Counted from the stretch's first letter, positions 1-10,879 are shown. The stretch is 64,000 bases of DNA from Pseudomonadota bacterium (GCA_021793575.1 JAJYSM010000001.1:3371-67370); one strand, 5' to 3'. Program-made: numbers and translations. The notes: a model not told the origin generated them from the sequence alone.

Positions 1-510
1 GCCAAGCTGCTTCTGCTCGTCCTTGAACTCGGCGAGCGCTTTCTCACCCGGCGTTTGCACGGCCATCAACTGGATGTTCACACCGGTGCTGGCATTGCCC
101 TTGGTCAACACCGGCGCCTGGATCGGCATCACGTAGTGGCGCTCGCCGTCGGTCAGGGTGGCCTGCACCACGTAGAGATCATCCGGCTTCACTTCGGCCG
201 GGTTGAAGCTCAGCTGGAACGGCTGCGGGAACGCACCGGCCGGGGAAGTCTTGCTGGCCAGCGGCGCGGCACCCGCCGCAGTGGAGGACACATCGACCAG
301 GTTGATCACCAGCGACGCATTTGGCGAGAGTTGGGTGGAGCCGCGCAGCGCGATCGTGCCGCTGACCTGGCTGACGATTCTTGCCGCCGCGGCGGCGGTG
401 GCGGCGGCTGTCGGCGCACCGACGTCAGCTGGCTGCGAGGAAGAAGGAGCATTGCAGCCGGACAGCGCCAGCGCTGCCACGGACGTCAGCGACAAAACCA
501 TCTTGCGCAT
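1..510 (-). CDS. YbaY-family lipoprotein (3' end outside window)
   Basis: Manual translation from ATG at 510: MRKMVLSLTSVAALALSGC lipobox, then VSGTIALR...LVINLVDVS...PQPFQLSFNPAEV...YVVQATL, typical of YbaY; the frame stays open to the window edge. Confidence 0.75.
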   Translation of the reverse strand, partial: MRKMVLSLTSVAALALSGCNAPSSSQPADVGAPTAAATAAAAARIVSQVSGTIALRGSTQLSPNASLVINLVDVSSTAAGAAPLASKTSPAGAFPQPFQLSFNPAEVKPDDLYVVQATLTDGERHYVMPIQAPVLTKGNASTGVNIQLMAVQTPGEKALAEFKDEQKQLG

Positions 511-737
511 GGGGAAACCTCATCAACGTGAAAACAAGCACGAAGCCAGTCAGGCGCCAAAACGCCACGGCTTTTCGCGGGGGAAGCTCCAAGCATAGCC
601 GAAAAATTCCGATGTGGAAAAGTCAAGCCAACCAATGGCCTATCCATGCGCAGGCGTACGCAGCTTCCAACCATCGCCCGGGAGCAGGCATCCCTCGCGC
701 GAAGTCCCACGGTGCCGCAGCGGCCGCGAAGAAAGCA

Positions 738-2021
738 TCAAGGCCGATGCAGGGCGCGGTAGGCGATATCGCGGCGGCAGAATGCGCCCGCGTAGCGGAT
801 CCTGTCCACGGCTGCATACGCGTGTTCGCGGGCGGCCGCGATGTCGCAGCCCAGCGCGCACACCGTCAGCACGCGTCCACCGGCGGTCACCGCGTGGCCC
901 TCAGCATCCAGCCGGGTGCCAGCATGAAACACCTTCACGTCGGCCTCGAACGGCACATCCAGACCGGCGATCCGGTCGCCGCTGTGCACCTTGCCGGGGT
1001 AGCCGCCGGCCGCCATCACCACGCCGATCGCCGGGCGCGTATCCCAGCGCGCGCGCGTGTCCTGCAGGCGGCCGTCCAGCGCGGCGTCGATCAGATCGAC
1101 CAGGTCGGACTTCAGCCGCAGCAGGATCGGCTGGGTCTCGGGGTCGCCGAAGCGCACGTTGAACTCGATCACCTTCGGCGCGCCGTGCTGGTCGATCATC
1201 AGGCCGGCATAGAGGAAGCCGATGAATGGCGCGCCCTCGATCGCCATGCCGCGCAGGGTCGGCTCGATCACTTCCTTCAGGATGCGCTGCTCGACCACCG
1301 GCGTCACCACCGGCGCCGGCGAGTAGGCGCCCATGCCGCCGGTGTTCGGCCCCAGATCGTTCTCGTCACGGCGTTTGTGGTCTTGGCTGCTGGCCATCGG
1401 CAGGGCGTGGCTGCCATCGCTCATCACGATGTAGCTGGCCTCTTCGCCGTCCAGAAACTCCTCGATCACCACCCGCGCCGAGGCGTCGCCAAAGCTGTGT
1501 GCGCCGAGCATGTCGTGCAGCGCCAGTTCGGCATCGGCCAGCGTCAGCGCCACCACCACGCCCTTGCCGGCGGCGAGGCCGTCGGCCTTGATCACGATCG
1601 GCGCACCCTGCTGCCGCACGTAGGCCAGCGCCGGAGTCAACTCGCTGAAGACCGCATAGTGCGCGGTGGGAATGTTGTGGCGTAGCAGGAAATCCTTGGC
1701 GAACGCCTTGGAGCCCTCCAGCTGCGCGGCGAGTGCGCGCGGGCCGAAAATGCGCAGGCCGGCCGCGCGAAAGCGATCGACCACGCCGGCGACCAGCGGC
1801 ACTTCCGGGCCGACCACGGTCAGCCCGATCTTTTCGCGTTTGGCCAGCGCCAGCAGGCCGTCAAGATCATCCATCGCCACGTCGGCGTTGCGCACGCCGC
1901 GCTCCTGCGCGGTGCCGGCATTGCCCGGCGCCACGATCACCTCGGTGACGCGCGGCGACTGCCCGAGCTTCCAGGCCAGCGCGTGTTCGCGACCGCCGCT
2001 GCCGATGACCAGAACCTTCAT
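738..2021 (-). CDS. purD: Phosphoribosylamine--glycine ligase
   Basis: MKVLVIGSGGREHALAWKL, KADGLAAGKGV, NTGGMGAYSP, EFNVRFGDPETQ motifs. Confidence 0.98.
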   Translation of the reverse strand: MKVLVIGSGGREHALAWKLGQSPRVTEVIVAPGNAGTAQERGVRNADVAMDDLDGLLALAKREKIGLTVVGPEVPLVAGVVDRFRAAGLRIFGPRALAAQLEGSKAFAKDFLLRHNIPTAHYAVFSELTPALAYVRQQGAPIVIKADGLAAGKGVVVALTLADAELALHDMLGAHSFGDASARVVIEEFLDGEEASYIVMSDGSHALPMASSQDHKRRDENDLGPNTGGMGAYSPAPVVTPVVEQRILKEVIEPTLRGMAIEGAPFIGFLYAGLMIDQHGAPKVIEFNVRFGDPETQPILLRLKSDLVDLIDAALDGRLQDTRARWDTRPAIGVVMAAGGYPGKVHSGDRIAGLDVPFEADVKVFHAGTRLDAEGHAVTAGGRVLTVCALGCDIAAAREHAYAAVDRIRYAGAFCRRDIAYRALHRP

Positions 2022-2108
2022 GCCTGCTTTCCCATGCCAGTGTGGGCGCGCGACGGCGCCGCACGCATTGTAGGGCAGCGCGCATGCAGGCGGTGCCGGC
2101 AGCGGTAT

Positions 2109-3482
2109 TCAGTCGTGATGGCGCAGCAGGTCGAGCAGCGCCGCGCGCGGCAGCTTGCCGGTCTCGTTGCGTGGCAGCGCGTCGACCAGCCGCAGCGGCC
2201 GCGGCAGGAACAGCGGATCGATCGCAAGGCGCAGGGCGTCGAGAATCGCGTGCTCGTCCAGCCCCGGCGCCACCGCCAGTGCGGCGATCCGGTGCACGCC
2301 CAGCGCATCGCCGTCATCGAGCTGCAGCACCACGCCGTCCTGCACGCCGGGTATCGCCAGCAGGCGACGGGTGAGGTCGCCGATCGAGGCGCGCTTGCCG
2401 GCGATCTCCAGCATGTCGGCGTGACGGCCGCGCAGGCGGAACCGGCGGCCGCCGTCGGACAGGCTGACGATGTCGGCCAGCGTGACCGCGGCGGCCAGCT
2501 GCGGCGCCTCGACTGCGGTGCCGTCCGGCTGCGGATGCAGGGTGACGCCTTCGTACAAAGTCCAGTCCTGCTCGCTCGCGGCGCGGCGGCTGGCGAACAC
2601 GCAGGTCTCGGTGGAGCCGAACACTTCCAGCAGCGGCGCCGCGAAGCGTCGCTCGGCCGCGCGCGCCAGTTCCGGCGGCAGCGGCGCGGTGGCCGACAGC
2701 ATGGCGGCGATCGGCGGCAGCACGATGCCGGACTCGACCAGTGCGCGCAGGTGCACCGGCGTGGTCACCAGCACGCGCGGTGCCGGCACCTCGGCCAGTG
2801 CCGCGGCTACATCGGCCGGCAGGAACGGGCGCCCGGCATGTACGCCGACCTCGCCGAGCAGCGGCAGCAGCACCGACATCTCCATGCCGTACATGTGCTG
2901 CGGCGGCACCGTGGTGACCACCGCGAAGCGCGCGCCGACCGCCGCGCGCAGCAGCGCCAGGTTGCCTGCGTTGCTGGCGTGGAAGCTGTCCCAGGTCTTC
3001 AGATTGGCGCTGGGCACGCCGGTGGAACCGGAGGTGTAGCCGATCGCCACCACCTGCTCGGCGGGGATCAGCGGCCACACCGGCTGCGCTGTCAGCGGCC
3101 GCGCAGCGTCCAGCGCCGGCAGCTGCAGATAGCCGCGCGGCGCCGGATCGAGCGGCAGCTCGCCCAGCGCATAGCAGCCTGGATGCGCCTGCATCACCTC
3201 GTCCACCGCCTGCGGCGCGCGCGAGGACGGCAGCAGGCTGGCCTGGCCGCGCAGCGCGATGGCGCAGAACGCGACCATGAAGGCGTAGCGGTTCTCGCAC
3301 AGATTCACCGCGCTCGGCGCAGCCGGCAGGGTCTCGGCCACGGCATGCACGTCGGCCAGAAACCGGGCGGCGCTGATCGCCACGCCCGCATGCCATGCCA
3401 CCACCCGCTGCGGATCGTTCGCGCTCAGCAGTGGCAGTCGCTGCGGCGCCTCGCGCTGGTAGGTGTCGTAAACGATGGCCAC
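2109..3482 (-). CDS. AMP-binding acyl/aryl-CoA ligase (aryl-polyene/xanthomonadin ligase-like)
   Basis: YTSGSTGVP A3 loop, PPQHMYG, EVFGSTET, GRHADMLEIAGKR. Start chosen at GTG 3482 with GGGAGA upstream; alternative ATG at 3527. Confidence 0.8.
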   Translation of the reverse strand: MAIVYDTYQREAPQRLPLLSANDPQRVVAWHAGVAISAARFLADVHAVAETLPAAPSAVNLCENRYAFMVAFCAIALRGQASLLPSSRAPQAVDEVMQAHPGCYALGELPLDPAPRGYLQLPALDAARPLTAQPVWPLIPAEQVVAIGYTSGSTGVPSANLKTWDSFHASNAGNLALLRAAVGARFAVVTTVPPQHMYGMEMSVLLPLLGEVGVHAGRPFLPADVAAALAEVPAPRVLVTTPVHLRALVESGIVLPPIAAMLSATAPLPPELARAAERRFAAPLLEVFGSTETCVFASRRAASEQDWTLYEGVTLHPQPDGTAVEAPQLAAAVTLADIVSLSDGGRRFRLRGRHADMLEIAGKRASIGDLTRRLLAIPGVQDGVVLQLDDGDALGVHRIAALAVAPGLDEHAILDALRLAIDPLFLPRPLRLVDALPRNETGKLPRAALLDLLRHHD

Positions 3483-3627
3483 GCCGTCTCCCGGATGTCG
3501 TTGATCAGTCGCGTTGCCAGGCAGCATCGCAGGCGCTGATGAACGCCAGCGTGAAGGCTGTGACAAGGTCATTCGGCTGCGCTGCGCGTGCCTGGCGTGA
3601 CCGCGGGCGCGCTGCGTTCCCCCCGCT

Positions 3628-4200
3628 TCAACCGCGGATGATAGCGCCCGAGAGCGCATCGCGGATCGGCGTGGGCATGGCCTGGCCGCCCAACGGAGCG
3701 TCCAGCAGGCCGTCCAGTGCGTCGCCGAAGCTGCTCGCCACCGCCTGCGCCGTGCGCGCCGCCGGCTGCCCGTGCGGGTTGGCGCTGGTCGACACCAGCG
3801 CACCGCCGAACGCACGGCACAGCGCGGCGGCTGGCGCATGCGCGGTGACGCGCAATGCGATGCCAGCGTGCGCGCCGGCGACCCACGCCGGCACGTCAGT
3901 CGCGCGCGGAAACACCCAGGTATGCGGCCCCGGCCAGCTCGCCTGCACCTGCTGCAGCACCTGCGGCGGCACCGCAGCGAGGTCGATGTAGGGCGCCAGC
4001 TGCGCGAAGTCCGCGCCGATCAGCAGCACGCCCTGCGTCGGCGGCCGCTGCTTGAGGGCAAACAGCCGCCGGAATGCCGCCTCGTCCTGCGGGTCGCAGC
4101 CGAGGCCGAAGACGGCCTCGGTCGGGTAGGCCAGCACGCCGCCGCGGCGCAGCAGGGCGGCGGCGGCATCGAGCCCGGCGAGGGTGAAATGCTGCAGCAC
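3628..4200 (-). CDS. tsaC: L-threonylcarbamoyladenylate synthase (Sua5/YrdC)
   Basis: AYPTEAVFGLGCDP, LKQRP, WPGPHT, LVSTSAN motifs. Confidence 0.93.
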   Translation of the reverse strand: MLQHFTLAGLDAAAALLRRGGVLAYPTEAVFGLGCDPQDEAAFRRLFALKQRPPTQGVLLIGADFAQLAPYIDLAAVPPQVLQQVQASWPGPHTWVFPRATDVPAWVAGAHAGIALRVTAHAPAAALCRAFGGALVSTSANPHGQPAARTAQAVASSFGDALDGLLDAPLGGQAMPTPIRDALSGAIIRG

Positions 4201-6729
4201 TCAGGCCTCGGCTTTCGCCGCCGCGGTCTTGCCGGTGGCCGCTTTCCGGGTGGCCGTTTTCTTCGTGGCGGTCTTGCGCGCGGCGGTATTCTTGCTGGCC
4301 GCGGTTTTCTTCGGCGCCGCCCGTTTCGCGATGGCCTTGCTGGCCGCGGTCTTGCTGGCGGGCGCCTTCGGCACGGCGGCTTTCTTGACGGTCGCTTTCT
4401 TGCTGGCGGTCTTCTTGCCGAAGCGGCCCTTGCGCACCGGCGCGGCGGCGAGCAGCTCCAGGCACTGCGCCTCGGTCAGCTCCTTCGGCTCCTGCTCTTT
4501 CGGAATGCGCGCGTTCTTCTCGCCGTCGGTGATGTAGGCGCCGTAGCGGCCGTTCAGCACCTGCACGCCGTTGCCGAAGTCGAGGATCAGCCGGTTCGCC
4601 AGCATCTCCAGCTTCTCGGCCACGATCTGCAGCGCGCGCGGCAGATCGATGGTGTACGGGTCGTCCTCGGGCTTGAGCGAGGCATAGGTGCTGCCCTGCT
4701 TCACGAACGGCCCGAAACGGCCGACGCCCACGCTCACCGCGTCGCCGTTTTCCGCCTCCCCCAGCTGGCGCGGCAGCTTGAACAGCTCCAGCGCGTCGGC
4801 CAGGCTGATGGTGTGCATGCTCTGGCCGGTGCGCAGGCTGGCGAACGCGGGCTTGTCCTCGTCCTCCTTGGTGCCGATCTGCGCGAACGGCCCGTAGCGG
4901 CCCAGCCGCACCGATACCGGCTTGCCGGTTTTCGGATCGACGCCCAAATCGCGCGCGCCGGTGGCCTCGTTGCGGTCGACCGACTCGGTCTTCTCGTCCA
5001 CCTGCTGCTTGAACGGCAGCCAGAAGCGCTCCATCAGCGGCACCCACGCCTCCTCGCCGCGGCTGACCGCGTCCAGCTCGTCCTCCATCTTGGCGGTGAA
5101 GTCGTAGTCGACGTAGCGGGTGAAGTGCTGGGTCAAGAACTTGCTGACCGCGCGGCCGACGTCGCTGGGCTTGAAGCGGCGGCTGTCGAGGATCACGTAC
5201 TCGCGGTTCTGCAGCACCTGGATGATGCTGGCGTAGGTGGACGGCCGGCCGATGCCGTGCTCCTCCAGCGCCTTGACCAGGCTCGCCTCGGAATAGCGCG
5301 GCGGCGGCTCGGTGAAATGCTGGTCGGCGGCGATCTCGTGCAGCGGCACCTGCTCGCCTGCCAGCATGCGCGGCAGGCGGCGGCCCTCGTCGTCGTCCTC
5401 GGCCGTTTTCTGATCGCGGCCCTCCTCGTACACGGCGAGGAAGCCCGGATCGACCACGGTGGTGCCGCTGGCGCGGAACGAGGCATCGCCACCGGCCACG
5501 TGCGGCACCGCAAACTCCACCGAGACGGTGTTGAGCGTGGCGTGGATCATCTGGCAGGCTACGGTGCGCTTCCAGATCAGCTCGTACAGCTTGCGCTGGT
5601 CGTCATTGAGAAACGCCGCCACCGCCTTCGGCGTATGCATGGCGGAGGTCGGACGGATCGCCTCATGCGCCTCCTGGGCGTTCTTCGACTTGGTCTTGTA
5701 GACCTGCGCCGCATCTGGAAGCGCCTTGGCGCCGAAGTCGCGCGCGATCAGCTGACGCAGCTCGGCCACCGCATCGTCGCCGAGCATGGTGGAGTCGGTA
5801 CGCATGTAGGTGATCAGGCCGACGTTGCCCTCGTCGCCCAGCGCCACGCCCTCGTACAGGCCCTGCGCCACCTTCATCGTGCGGCTGGTGGTGAAGCCGA
5901 GCTTGCGCGCGGCCTCCTGCTGCAGCGTGGAGGTGGTGAACGGCGCGGCCGGGCGCCGCTTGCGCTCCTTCGAGCTGACGTCACTGACGGTGAGGCGGCC
6001 GCGCGCGGCCTGCTTCAGCGCGTCGCGGGCGGCCATGGCGTCAGCTTCGGCGGTGAGGTCGAACTGTTCGAACTTCTTGCCGTTGAGCTTGGAGAGGCGC
6101 GCCGTGAAATCGCCCTCCGCATGCTGCAGCTGCGCCTCGATGGTCCAGTATTCGCGCGCCTTGAACGCCTCGATCTCCTCCTCACGCTCGACGATCATGC
6201 GCAGCGCCGGCGACTGCACGCGGCCGGCCGACAGCCCGCGCTGCACCTTGCGCCAGAGCACCGGCGAAAGGTTGAAGCCGACCAGGTAATCCAGCGCGCG
6301 GCGCGCCTGCTGCGCGTCGACCAGGTCGTGCGAGAGCTGGCGCGGGTTGGCCACGGCGGCCTTGATCGCCTTCGGGGTGATCTCGGAGAACACCACCCGA
6401 TGCAGCCGCTTGCCTTCGGTAAGACCGCGCTCCTTGAGGATCTCGCTGATATGCCAGCTGATCGCCTCGCCTTCGCGATCCAAGTCGGTTGCCAGATAGA
6501 TGTCGTCGGCCAGCCTGGCCGCCTTGGCGATCGCGTCGACGTGCTTCTCGTTGCGCTCGATCACCTCGTAGGCCATGGTGAAACCGTGCTCGGTATCGAC
6601 CGCGCCCTCTTTCGGCTTCAGGTCACGCACGTGGCCGTAGGAAGCCAGGACATGAAAATCCTTGCCGAGGTATTTGTTGATCGTCTTGGCCTTGGCCGGC
6701 GATTCGACGATGAGCAGGTTTTTTGCCAT
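4201..6729 (-). CDS. topA: DNA topoisomerase I with Lys/Ala-rich C-terminal tail
   Basis: LLIVESPAKAKTI, ATDLDREGEAI, SAGRVQS, ITYMRTDS (catalytic Tyr), QEAHEAIRPT. Confidence 0.98.
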   Translation of the reverse strand: MAKNLLIVESPAKAKTINKYLGKDFHVLASYGHVRDLKPKEGAVDTEHGFTMAYEVIERNEKHVDAIAKAARLADDIYLATDLDREGEAISWHISEILKERGLTEGKRLHRVVFSEITPKAIKAAVANPRQLSHDLVDAQQARRALDYLVGFNLSPVLWRKVQRGLSAGRVQSPALRMIVEREEEIEAFKAREYWTIEAQLQHAEGDFTARLSKLNGKKFEQFDLTAEADAMAARDALKQAARGRLTVSDVSSKERKRRPAAPFTTSTLQQEAARKLGFTTSRTMKVAQGLYEGVALGDEGNVGLITYMRTDSTMLGDDAVAELRQLIARDFGAKALPDAAQVYKTKSKNAQEAHEAIRPTSAMHTPKAVAAFLNDDQRKLYELIWKRTVACQMIHATLNTVSVEFAVPHVAGGDASFRASGTTVVDPGFLAVYEEGRDQKTAEDDDEGRRLPRMLAGEQVPLHEIAADQHFTEPPPRYSEASLVKALEEHGIGRPSTYASIIQVLQNREYVILDSRRFKPSDVGRAVSKFLTQHFTRYVDYDFTAKMEDELDAVSRGEEAWVPLMERFWLPFKQQVDEKTESVDRNEATGARDLGVDPKTGKPVSVRLGRYGPFAQIGTKEDEDKPAFASLRTGQSMHTISLADALELFKLPRQLGEAENGDAVSVGVGRFGPFVKQGSTYASLKPEDDPYTIDLPRALQIVAEKLEMLANRLILDFGNGVQVLNGRYGAYITDGEKNARIPKEQEPKELTEAQCLELLAAAPVRKGRFGKKTASKKATVKKAAVPKAPASKTAASKAIAKRAAPKKTAASKNTAARKTATKKTATRKAATGKTAAAKAEA

Positions 6730-6844
6730 GAATACAGAATTTCCAGTAGCGAACCACCGGCGCTTGCGCCACCGGACATATATATAGTTGAAACCACGTC
6801 GCGCCGGCGGCTGTCAAGCGCGGCAGACCCCGGGCCTGCCGCTT

Positions 6845-8005
6845 TCAGTCCGGCAGGCGCTGGTAGCGATTGCCCGCCAGTCCCTCGACCCGCCCCTCCA
6901 GTTCGAGCATCAGCAGCATCGAGGAGAGCGCCGCGGTCGATTGCCCGCTGCGGCGAACAAGTTCGTCCAACGTCACCGATTCATGGCCTAGATGCGCCAA
7001 TAGCTGCTGATATTCGGGATCACGCTGCCAGCCATGAAGGCTGCCGGAACGCTCCAACTGGGCCGGCTCAGGCGTGGGCATGCTCGCCTTGTCCGCGCCC
7101 TGCGCCTGCAGCCGGGTGGCCAGTTCGCCGCCCAGCATGCGCGCTGCCGGCACCAATGTCTCGATAATCTCGGCCGCGCTTTCCACCAGCCGGGCACCAT
7201 CGCGAATCAGCCGATGGCAGCCGCGGGCCAGCGGATTATGGATGGAACCGGGCAGCGCGAACACCTCACGGCCCTGTTCGGCGGCCAGTCGCGCCGTGAT
7301 CAGCGAGCCGGATTGCAGCCCGGCCTCGATTACCAGGGTGCCCAACGCCAGCCCGGCGATGATCCGGTTGCGGCGGGGAAAATGATCGGCGCGGGCCGCC
7401 GTGCCGGGCGGAAATTCGCTGACCAGCGCGCCGTGCATGGCGATTCGCTCGGCCAGCGCGTGATGCTTGCGCGGGTAGACCCGATCGGCCCCGGTGCCGA
7501 CCACCGCCACCGTCGCCGCACCCGCCTCCAGCGCCGCCACGTGGGCGGCACCGTCGATGCCGTCGGCCATGCCGCTGGTGATGACGAAACCGGCCTGCGC
7601 CAGCGCCCCGGCAAACGCGCCGGCGTGCGCCAGCCCGGCCCCGCTGGCGCTGCGCGCGCCCACGATGGCCACCTGCGGAAGCAGCAGCAGGCTGGCGTCG
7701 CCCAGCACGAACAGGGCCGCCGGCGGCTGCGGGATGTTTTCCAGCTGCGGCGGAAAATCCGCCTCGTTGCATCGCAGCAGCCGATGCTGCGGCTGCGCCA
7801 GCCAGGCCAGGTCGGCGGCCAGCCGGGCGGCATCGGGTTGCTGCAGCCAGCTGCGCGCCGCTTCACCGAGTGCACCAGGCTGACGGCGCAGCTGCGCCAG
7901 CACCGCCTCGATGTCGCCACCGGCCGCATCGAGCCGCTCGCGCAAGCCGCCCGGGCCGAGGCCGGGGGTGCGCAGCGCGATCAGCCACGCGCGCAGTTCA
8001 TCCAT
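6845..8005 (-). CDS. dprA: DNA-processing protein DprA
   Basis: VAIVGARSAS, ITSGMADGID, FPRRNRIIAGL, SGSLITA, FALPGSI; start 8005 or 8014. Confidence 0.95.
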   Translation of the reverse strand: MDELRAWLIALRTPGLGPGGLRERLDAAGGDIEAVLAQLRRQPGALGEAARSWLQQPDAARLAADLAWLAQPQHRLLRCNEADFPPQLENIPQPPAALFVLGDASLLLLPQVAIVGARSASGAGLAHAGAFAGALAQAGFVITSGMADGIDGAAHVAALEAGAATVAVVGTGADRVYPRKHHALAERIAMHGALVSEFPPGTAARADHFPRRNRIIAGLALGTLVIEAGLQSGSLITARLAAEQGREVFALPGSIHNPLARGCHRLIRDGARLVESAAEIIETLVPAARMLGGELATRLQAQGADKASMPTPEPAQLERSGSLHGWQRDPEYQQLLAHLGHESVTLDELVRRSGQSTAALSSMLLMLELEGRVEGLAGNRYQRLPD

Positions 8006-8096
8006 GTTGTTCATGCGCTCAAGTGTACGCAGTATGCCCAAACAGAAACGGCGCGGTGGTGGCCGCGCCGCGCTGTAGGAATCGACCGCCGGAGGA

Positions 8097-9218
8097 TTAC
8101 TCCGGCATGCGCAGCCGGTTGCCGATGTGCACTGGCCGCAGGCTGTCCATCACCAGTCCGTAGCTGACCCGGTCGAAGGTGCGGAAGACCATCACGTGGC
8201 CAACGTATTCGTCCGGCAGCTTGACCCTCTCGCCCACGCTGCGATCCCAGCTGTTGCTGGCCACGTCGTCATGAATGGTTTCGCCGTGCTGGAAGATTGC
8301 GTAGGTCTGACCGTTGTCGACACCATCCCTGGAACCGATCGACAGCGCCACCACCTGGCGCGAGCCGACCGCATCCATCGCATCGACAAAGCCGATCACG
8401 CGGGCATCGTGCGGCACTGACTTGGGCGGATGCGGGTAGTAGTAGGCGTCGTACGGGGTATTGTCGACCGGCATGATGCGGTCGCCGCTGCGGATTTCCT
8501 TGGTGGCATCCAACAGCAGCAAGGTGGCCGGATCGCCCATCCGCAACGTTTCGGCGGTACCGATCACGCTGACCTCCACGCCGAGATCGTCGCCGCGGCC
8601 ATAATGGCCGTCGTTGCGGGAGTTCTCCCGCCACGGCGCGTGCACCATCGCGGCATTGCTGTCCAGGTTGTGGCTGACCAGGTCGGCCTGCTCCGGATCG
8701 TTCTGGTCGAAGCCGCGGAAGATGTGGCTGGGCCGCACAATCGCCCAGCGCTGGCCGGGCTCGCCCTGGAGACCGCGCACATAGATGTTCTGACCGACCG
8801 TGCCGCGCAGGCGGTTCTCTTCCAGGCCCACCACGTACGGCGCCGTGCGCACGGCGTTGGCATCCACCACGCGCAGGTCCTTGAGGAACATCTTCAGTTC
8901 GGACAGCGGAATGGCCGGCACCGCTTCGCCTTCGGCATGCACTCGCGGCTGCAGGGTCAGTTGCGGACCGTGGATGAAGGACAGGTTCAGTACATCGCCG
9001 GGGTAGATCAGATGCGGATTGCGCACCTGCGGATTCGCCTGCCAGATCTCCGGCCATAGCCACGGCTTGGAGAGGAACCTGGCCGAGATGTCCCACAGGG
9101 TGTCACCGCGGCGCACGGTGTAGCTGTCGGGATGATTCGCGCGCAGCTGCGCGCCGGCCGCATAGACAGCAACCGTGACCAGCATGCCGGTCAGCAGAAC
9201 GAGAATTTTTCTGATCAT
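8097..9218 (-). CDS. LysM peptidoglycan-binding domain protein
   Basis: Signal peptide MIRKILVLL..., YTVRRGDTLWDIS...WPEIWQAN...NPHLIYPG; conserved position between dprA and def. Confidence 0.92.
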   Translation of the reverse strand: MIRKILVLLTGMLVTVAVYAAGAQLRANHPDSYTVRRGDTLWDISARFLSKPWLWPEIWQANPQVRNPHLIYPGDVLNLSFIHGPQLTLQPRVHAEGEAVPAIPLSELKMFLKDLRVVDANAVRTAPYVVGLEENRLRGTVGQNIYVRGLQGEPGQRWAIVRPSHIFRGFDQNDPEQADLVSHNLDSNAAMVHAPWRENSRNDGHYGRGDDLGVEVSVIGTAETLRMGDPATLLLLDATKEIRSGDRIMPVDNTPYDAYYYPHPPKSVPHDARVIGFVDAMDAVGSRQVVALSIGSRDGVDNGQTYAIFQHGETIHDDVASNSWDRSVGERVKLPDEYVGHVMVFRTFDRVSYGLVMDSLRPVHIGNRLRMPE

Positions 9219-9406
9219 TGGCGGGAATCCCCCTTCCCCAGATGCTCGATCGAGTGTAACCGAACCGTTAAAGCGCGCAACAGGTGCCAGTTGGCAAAAA
9301 TCGTCTGCGCGCACGTGGTTGCCGACGTACAATGAGGCACATTCTAGATCCCGTCGGGGGTGGTTTTTTACCAAGCCGCCCGCAGTTCCGACGCCGAGGT
9401 GAACCC

Positions 9407-9916
9407 ATGTCCCTGCTCCCCATCCTTGAATTTCCCGACCCGCGCCTGCGCACCCGCGCCGCGCCGGTGCACGCGTTCGACGCCTCGCTGCAGCAGCTGG
9501 TCGCCGACATGTTCCAGACCATGTACGACGCCAACGGCGTCGGCCTGGCCGCCACCCAGGTCAACGTGCATCAGCGCGTGCTGGTGGCTGACATGAGTGA
9601 CGAGCGCAACCGGCCGCTGGCGCTGGTCAATCCGCAGATCCTGGAAAAGGACGGCTCGCAGGTCTATCAGGAAGGCTGCCTGTCGTTTCCCGGCCTGTAT
9701 GCCGATGTGACCCGCGCACTGCGGGTCAGGGTGCGCGCCCAGGATGTGCATGGCAGCGAGATCACGGTGGAGGCCGACGGCCCGCTGGCGGTGTGCATCC
9801 AGCACGAGATGGATCACCTGGAAGGCAAGGTCTTTGTCGACTACCTGTCCTCACTGAAGCGGGCGCTGCTGCTGAAGCGGCTGGACAAGCAGCGCAAGCA
9901 GGCGGCCACGGCTTGA
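9407..9916 (+). CDS. def: Peptide deformylase
   Basis: [19 protein letters not shown] motifs; ATG at 9407. Confidence 0.97.
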   Translation: MSLLPILEFPDPRLRTRAAPVHAFDASLQQLVADMFQTMYDANGVGLAATQVNVHQRVLVADMSDERNRPLALVNPQILEKDGSQVYQEGCLSFPGLYADVTRALRVRVRAQDVHGSEITVEADGPLAVCIQHEMDHLEGKVFVDYLSSLKRALLLKRLDKQRKQAATA

Positions 9917-10869
9917 GCGTGGCCGCTGCCGGCAACCGGCACCTGCGGGTGGCGTTTGCCGGCACCCCCGAATTCGCCGTGCCGTGCCTGACCGCCTGCC
10001 TCGCCAGCGGCGTCGAGGTGGTGGCCGTGTATACCCAGCCCGACCGGCCGGCTGGCCGCGGCCGCAAGCTCTGCCCCAGCCCGGTCAAGCAGGCCGCGCT
10101 CGACGCCGGGCTGCCGGTCGAGCAGCCGGAATCGCTGAAATCGGCGGCGGCGCAGCGCACGCTGGCCGGCTACGCGGCCGATCTGCTGGTGGTGGTCGCT
10201 TACGGCCTGATCCTGCCGCGCCGGGTGCTGGCGATTCCGCGGTACGGTGGCTGGAACGTGCACGCCAGCCTGCTGCCGCGCTGGCGCGGCGCGGCGCCGA
10301 TCCAGCGCGCGATTCTCGCCGGCGACAGCGAAAGCGGCGTCGGCCTGATGCAGATGGAAGCGGGTCTGGACACCGGTCCGGTGCAGCTGGAACGACGCAC
10401 GCCGATCCTGCGCGAGGACACCGGCGGCTCGCTGCATGACCGGCTGGCGGCGCTCGGCGCCGAGGTGCTGGGCGAAGGTCTGCTGCGCCTGCAGTCCGGC
10501 GCGCCGCTGCCGGCGCACGCCCAGGCCGAGGCCGGCATCACCTATGCCCGCAAGCTGGACAAGGCCGAGGCCCGGCTCGACTTCACGCGGCCGGCGCTCG
10601 AACTGGAGCGCCAGGTGCGCGCGTTCGACCCGTGGCCGGTGGCCGAGGGCACGATCGCCGGCGAGCCGCTGCGCGTATGGGCAGCGCAGGCGATCGCGAC
10701 CTCGCATGCCGCTACGCCGGGCAGCGTGCTCGCTGCCGGGCGCGACGGCATCGACGTCGCCTGCGGCGCGGGCGCGCTGCGCATCACCGTCGTGCAGCGC
10801 GCCGGCGGCAAGCGCATCGGCGCGCTCGACTACCTGAATGCACGACCCGAACTGCGGCGCGCGCTATGA
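9913..10869 (+). CDS. fmt: Methionyl-tRNA formyltransferase
   Basis: [37 protein letters not shown]; start TTG 9913 overlapping the def stop, or GTG 9919. Confidence 0.96.
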   Translation: MSVAAAGNRHLRVAFAGTPEFAVPCLTACLASGVEVVAVYTQPDRPAGRGRKLCPSPVKQAALDAGLPVEQPESLKSAAAQRTLAGYAADLLVVVAYGLILPRRVLAIPRYGGWNVHASLLPRWRGAAPIQRAILAGDSESGVGLMQMEAGLDTGPVQLERRTPILREDTGGSLHDRLAALGAEVLGEGLLRLQSGAPLPAHAQAEAGITYARKLDKAEARLDFTRPALELERQVRAFDPWPVAEGTIAGEPLRVWAAQAIATSHAATPGSVLAAGRDGIDVACGAGALRITVVQRAGGKRIGALDYLNARPELRRAL

Positions 10870-10879
10870 AGTCCCACCG

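Noticed and set aside
4201-4420. Repetitive KKTA/KAA-rich DNA at the topA 3' end
   Set aside because: It encodes the basic C-terminal tail common in topoisomerase I of this lineage; not a separate repeat element.
6730-6844. No smg gene between dprA and topA; short ATATATAT tract
   Set aside because: Simple lineage-level gene absence plus a probable promoter; nothing supports a further feature.
3772-7167. 1131-aa plus-strand ORF, and similar long ORFs at 48301-53328, 55811-57952, 57968-59830 and 26097-27734
   Set aside because: Antisense shadows of topA, RND and TonB genes; expected in about 70% GC DNA, with no recognisable motifs.
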